Of a stretch of DNA of 15,570 nucleotides, positions 14,841 through 15,570 are shown in pieces. Within the stretch, counting starts at the first letter, position 1, and each line of letters opens with the position of its first letter. Origin of the DNA: Chthonomonadales bacterium (GTDB lineage: Bacteria; Armatimonadota; Chthonomonadetes; Chthonomonadales; CAJBBX01); the NCBI GenBank assembly GCA_037443035.1, contig JBBIPC010000011.1, forward strand, positions 88,017 through 103,586. The letters run 5' to 3'. The notes below the pieces were generated by a model, which had not been told where the DNA came from, did not search any database, and was given only the letters and a program-made list of their open reading frames with translations. The position numbers and the translations under genes were made by a program.

Positions 14841-15407
14841 TTGCCTGCATGGCGGTTCGTGGGATTCGATTGGTCGCGGTACCATGCGCTGGCGCCCATG
14901 CTCATGGAGGCGGCCAGGTCGCGCGACTTCTCATCGCTACCGAATAGGGATGCGGCCGACCTCGTGTCATCCCTGGATCCTGGGCTATCGCCGGAGGAGA
15001 TCTGCAACCTGGTCATTGCCGAGCTATGCACCGAAGGCGATGAAGTGGATTTCCGGGGGACGTTTCCCGATTTCGTTCGATACGTCCGCCGACGGGATCC
15101 GGAAGGGGAGGCCGCCGACCTCCTGGCCGAGGCAGCCTTCGCTGCGCCGAATATCGAGTCATGGTTCGAGCACGAGCCAGGCCTGGTGGGTATCCTGACC
15201 TGGGCGAAGTTGGACCATCTACGCTCTCACCTGGAGGGGTGTATCCGCGAGGGGCAACGAAGGCAACGCCGCAGCCGGCTTCAAGAGCTCGTGGACCTTG
15301 TCCGCCCCGCACCATCCCACGACGACCTCTTGCAGGACCTCTTCGATCTGGTGACCAACTGCCTGGAGAAGCGCCTGGGCCTCGCAGTTCTGATGACGGA
15401 AGGGTAG
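14841..15407 (+). CDS. Hypothetical protein (188 aa)
   Basis: TTG start 3 nt after the ATL stop with GAGGAG upstream, protein-like composition, and same orientation as the operon. No family securely recognised. Confidence 0.7.
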   Translation: MPAWRFVGFDWSRYHALAPMLMEAARSRDFSSLPNRDAADLVSSLDPGLSPEEICNLVIAELCTEGDEVDFRGTFPDFVRYVRRRDPEGEAADLLAEAAFAAPNIESWFEHEPGLVGILTWAKLDHLRSHLEGCIREGQRRQRRSRLQELVDLVRPAPSHDDLLQDLFDLVTNCLEKRLGLAVLMTEG

Positions 15408-15542
15408 CAAGCGGGGGTGGGTGTGTGCCGTACCACGGCTCGCCTGGCAGTTTCACCTCTGCCGCGCTCGATGTACCGACTGCTTCCGGTGATCGTCGGC
15501 GTCATTCAAACCCACGAGCTTCACTCCTCCGTTCTGGGGTTG

Positions 15543-15570
15543 CCCTCACCCTGGCCCTCTCCCGCGCGCA
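15543..15570. repeat. Left part of a REP-like palindromic element (CCCTCACCC..CCCTCTCCC type), truncated by the window end
   Basis: CCCTCACCCTGGCCCTCTCCC at 15543-15563 matches the widespread bacterial repeat normally closed by GGGAGAGGG. The closing arm is not in the window. Confidence 0.6.

Noticed and set aside
15281..15505. 74-aa minus-strand ORF with GGAGGAG upstream
   Set aside because: The SD-like sequence is ~18 nt from the ATG, the ORF overlaps the 3' end of the plus-strand CDS, and the product is not protein-like.

Overview
GC-rich bacterial chromosomal window with ten supportable CDSs and no rRNA, tRNA, CRISPR array or transposase that I can see. Minus strand, in transcription order: MATE transporter (11956-13356), secreted TPR/Ig-like/NodB polysaccharide deacetylase (10162-11934), two tandem paralogous secreted proteins with very large Met/Gly/Pro-rich inserts (8928-10049, 7753-8892), terminator hairpin, dnaG (5804-7669), rpoD/sigA (4606-5724), a ~1466-aa modular secreted M36/M4-type zinc metallopeptidase (89-4489), terminator. 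Plus strand, divergent from MATE: Gfo/Idh/MocA oxidoreductase, alkyltransferase-like (ATL) protein and a hypothetical protein, then the left arm of a REP-like palindromic element at the window edge. The best candidate for an undescribed system is the pair of secreted paralogs. Each has a two-unit BLIP/BamE-like fold whose first unit is split by a ~215-220-residue Met-Gly low-complexity loop (about 37 Met by hand count), and the pair lies downstream of a deacetylase with a degenerate catalytic motif. Other notable points are apparently leaderless dnaG and MATE genes and P-domains nested inside carboxypeptidase-regulatory-like domains in the protease. All family calls come from motif recognition by eye, with no database search.
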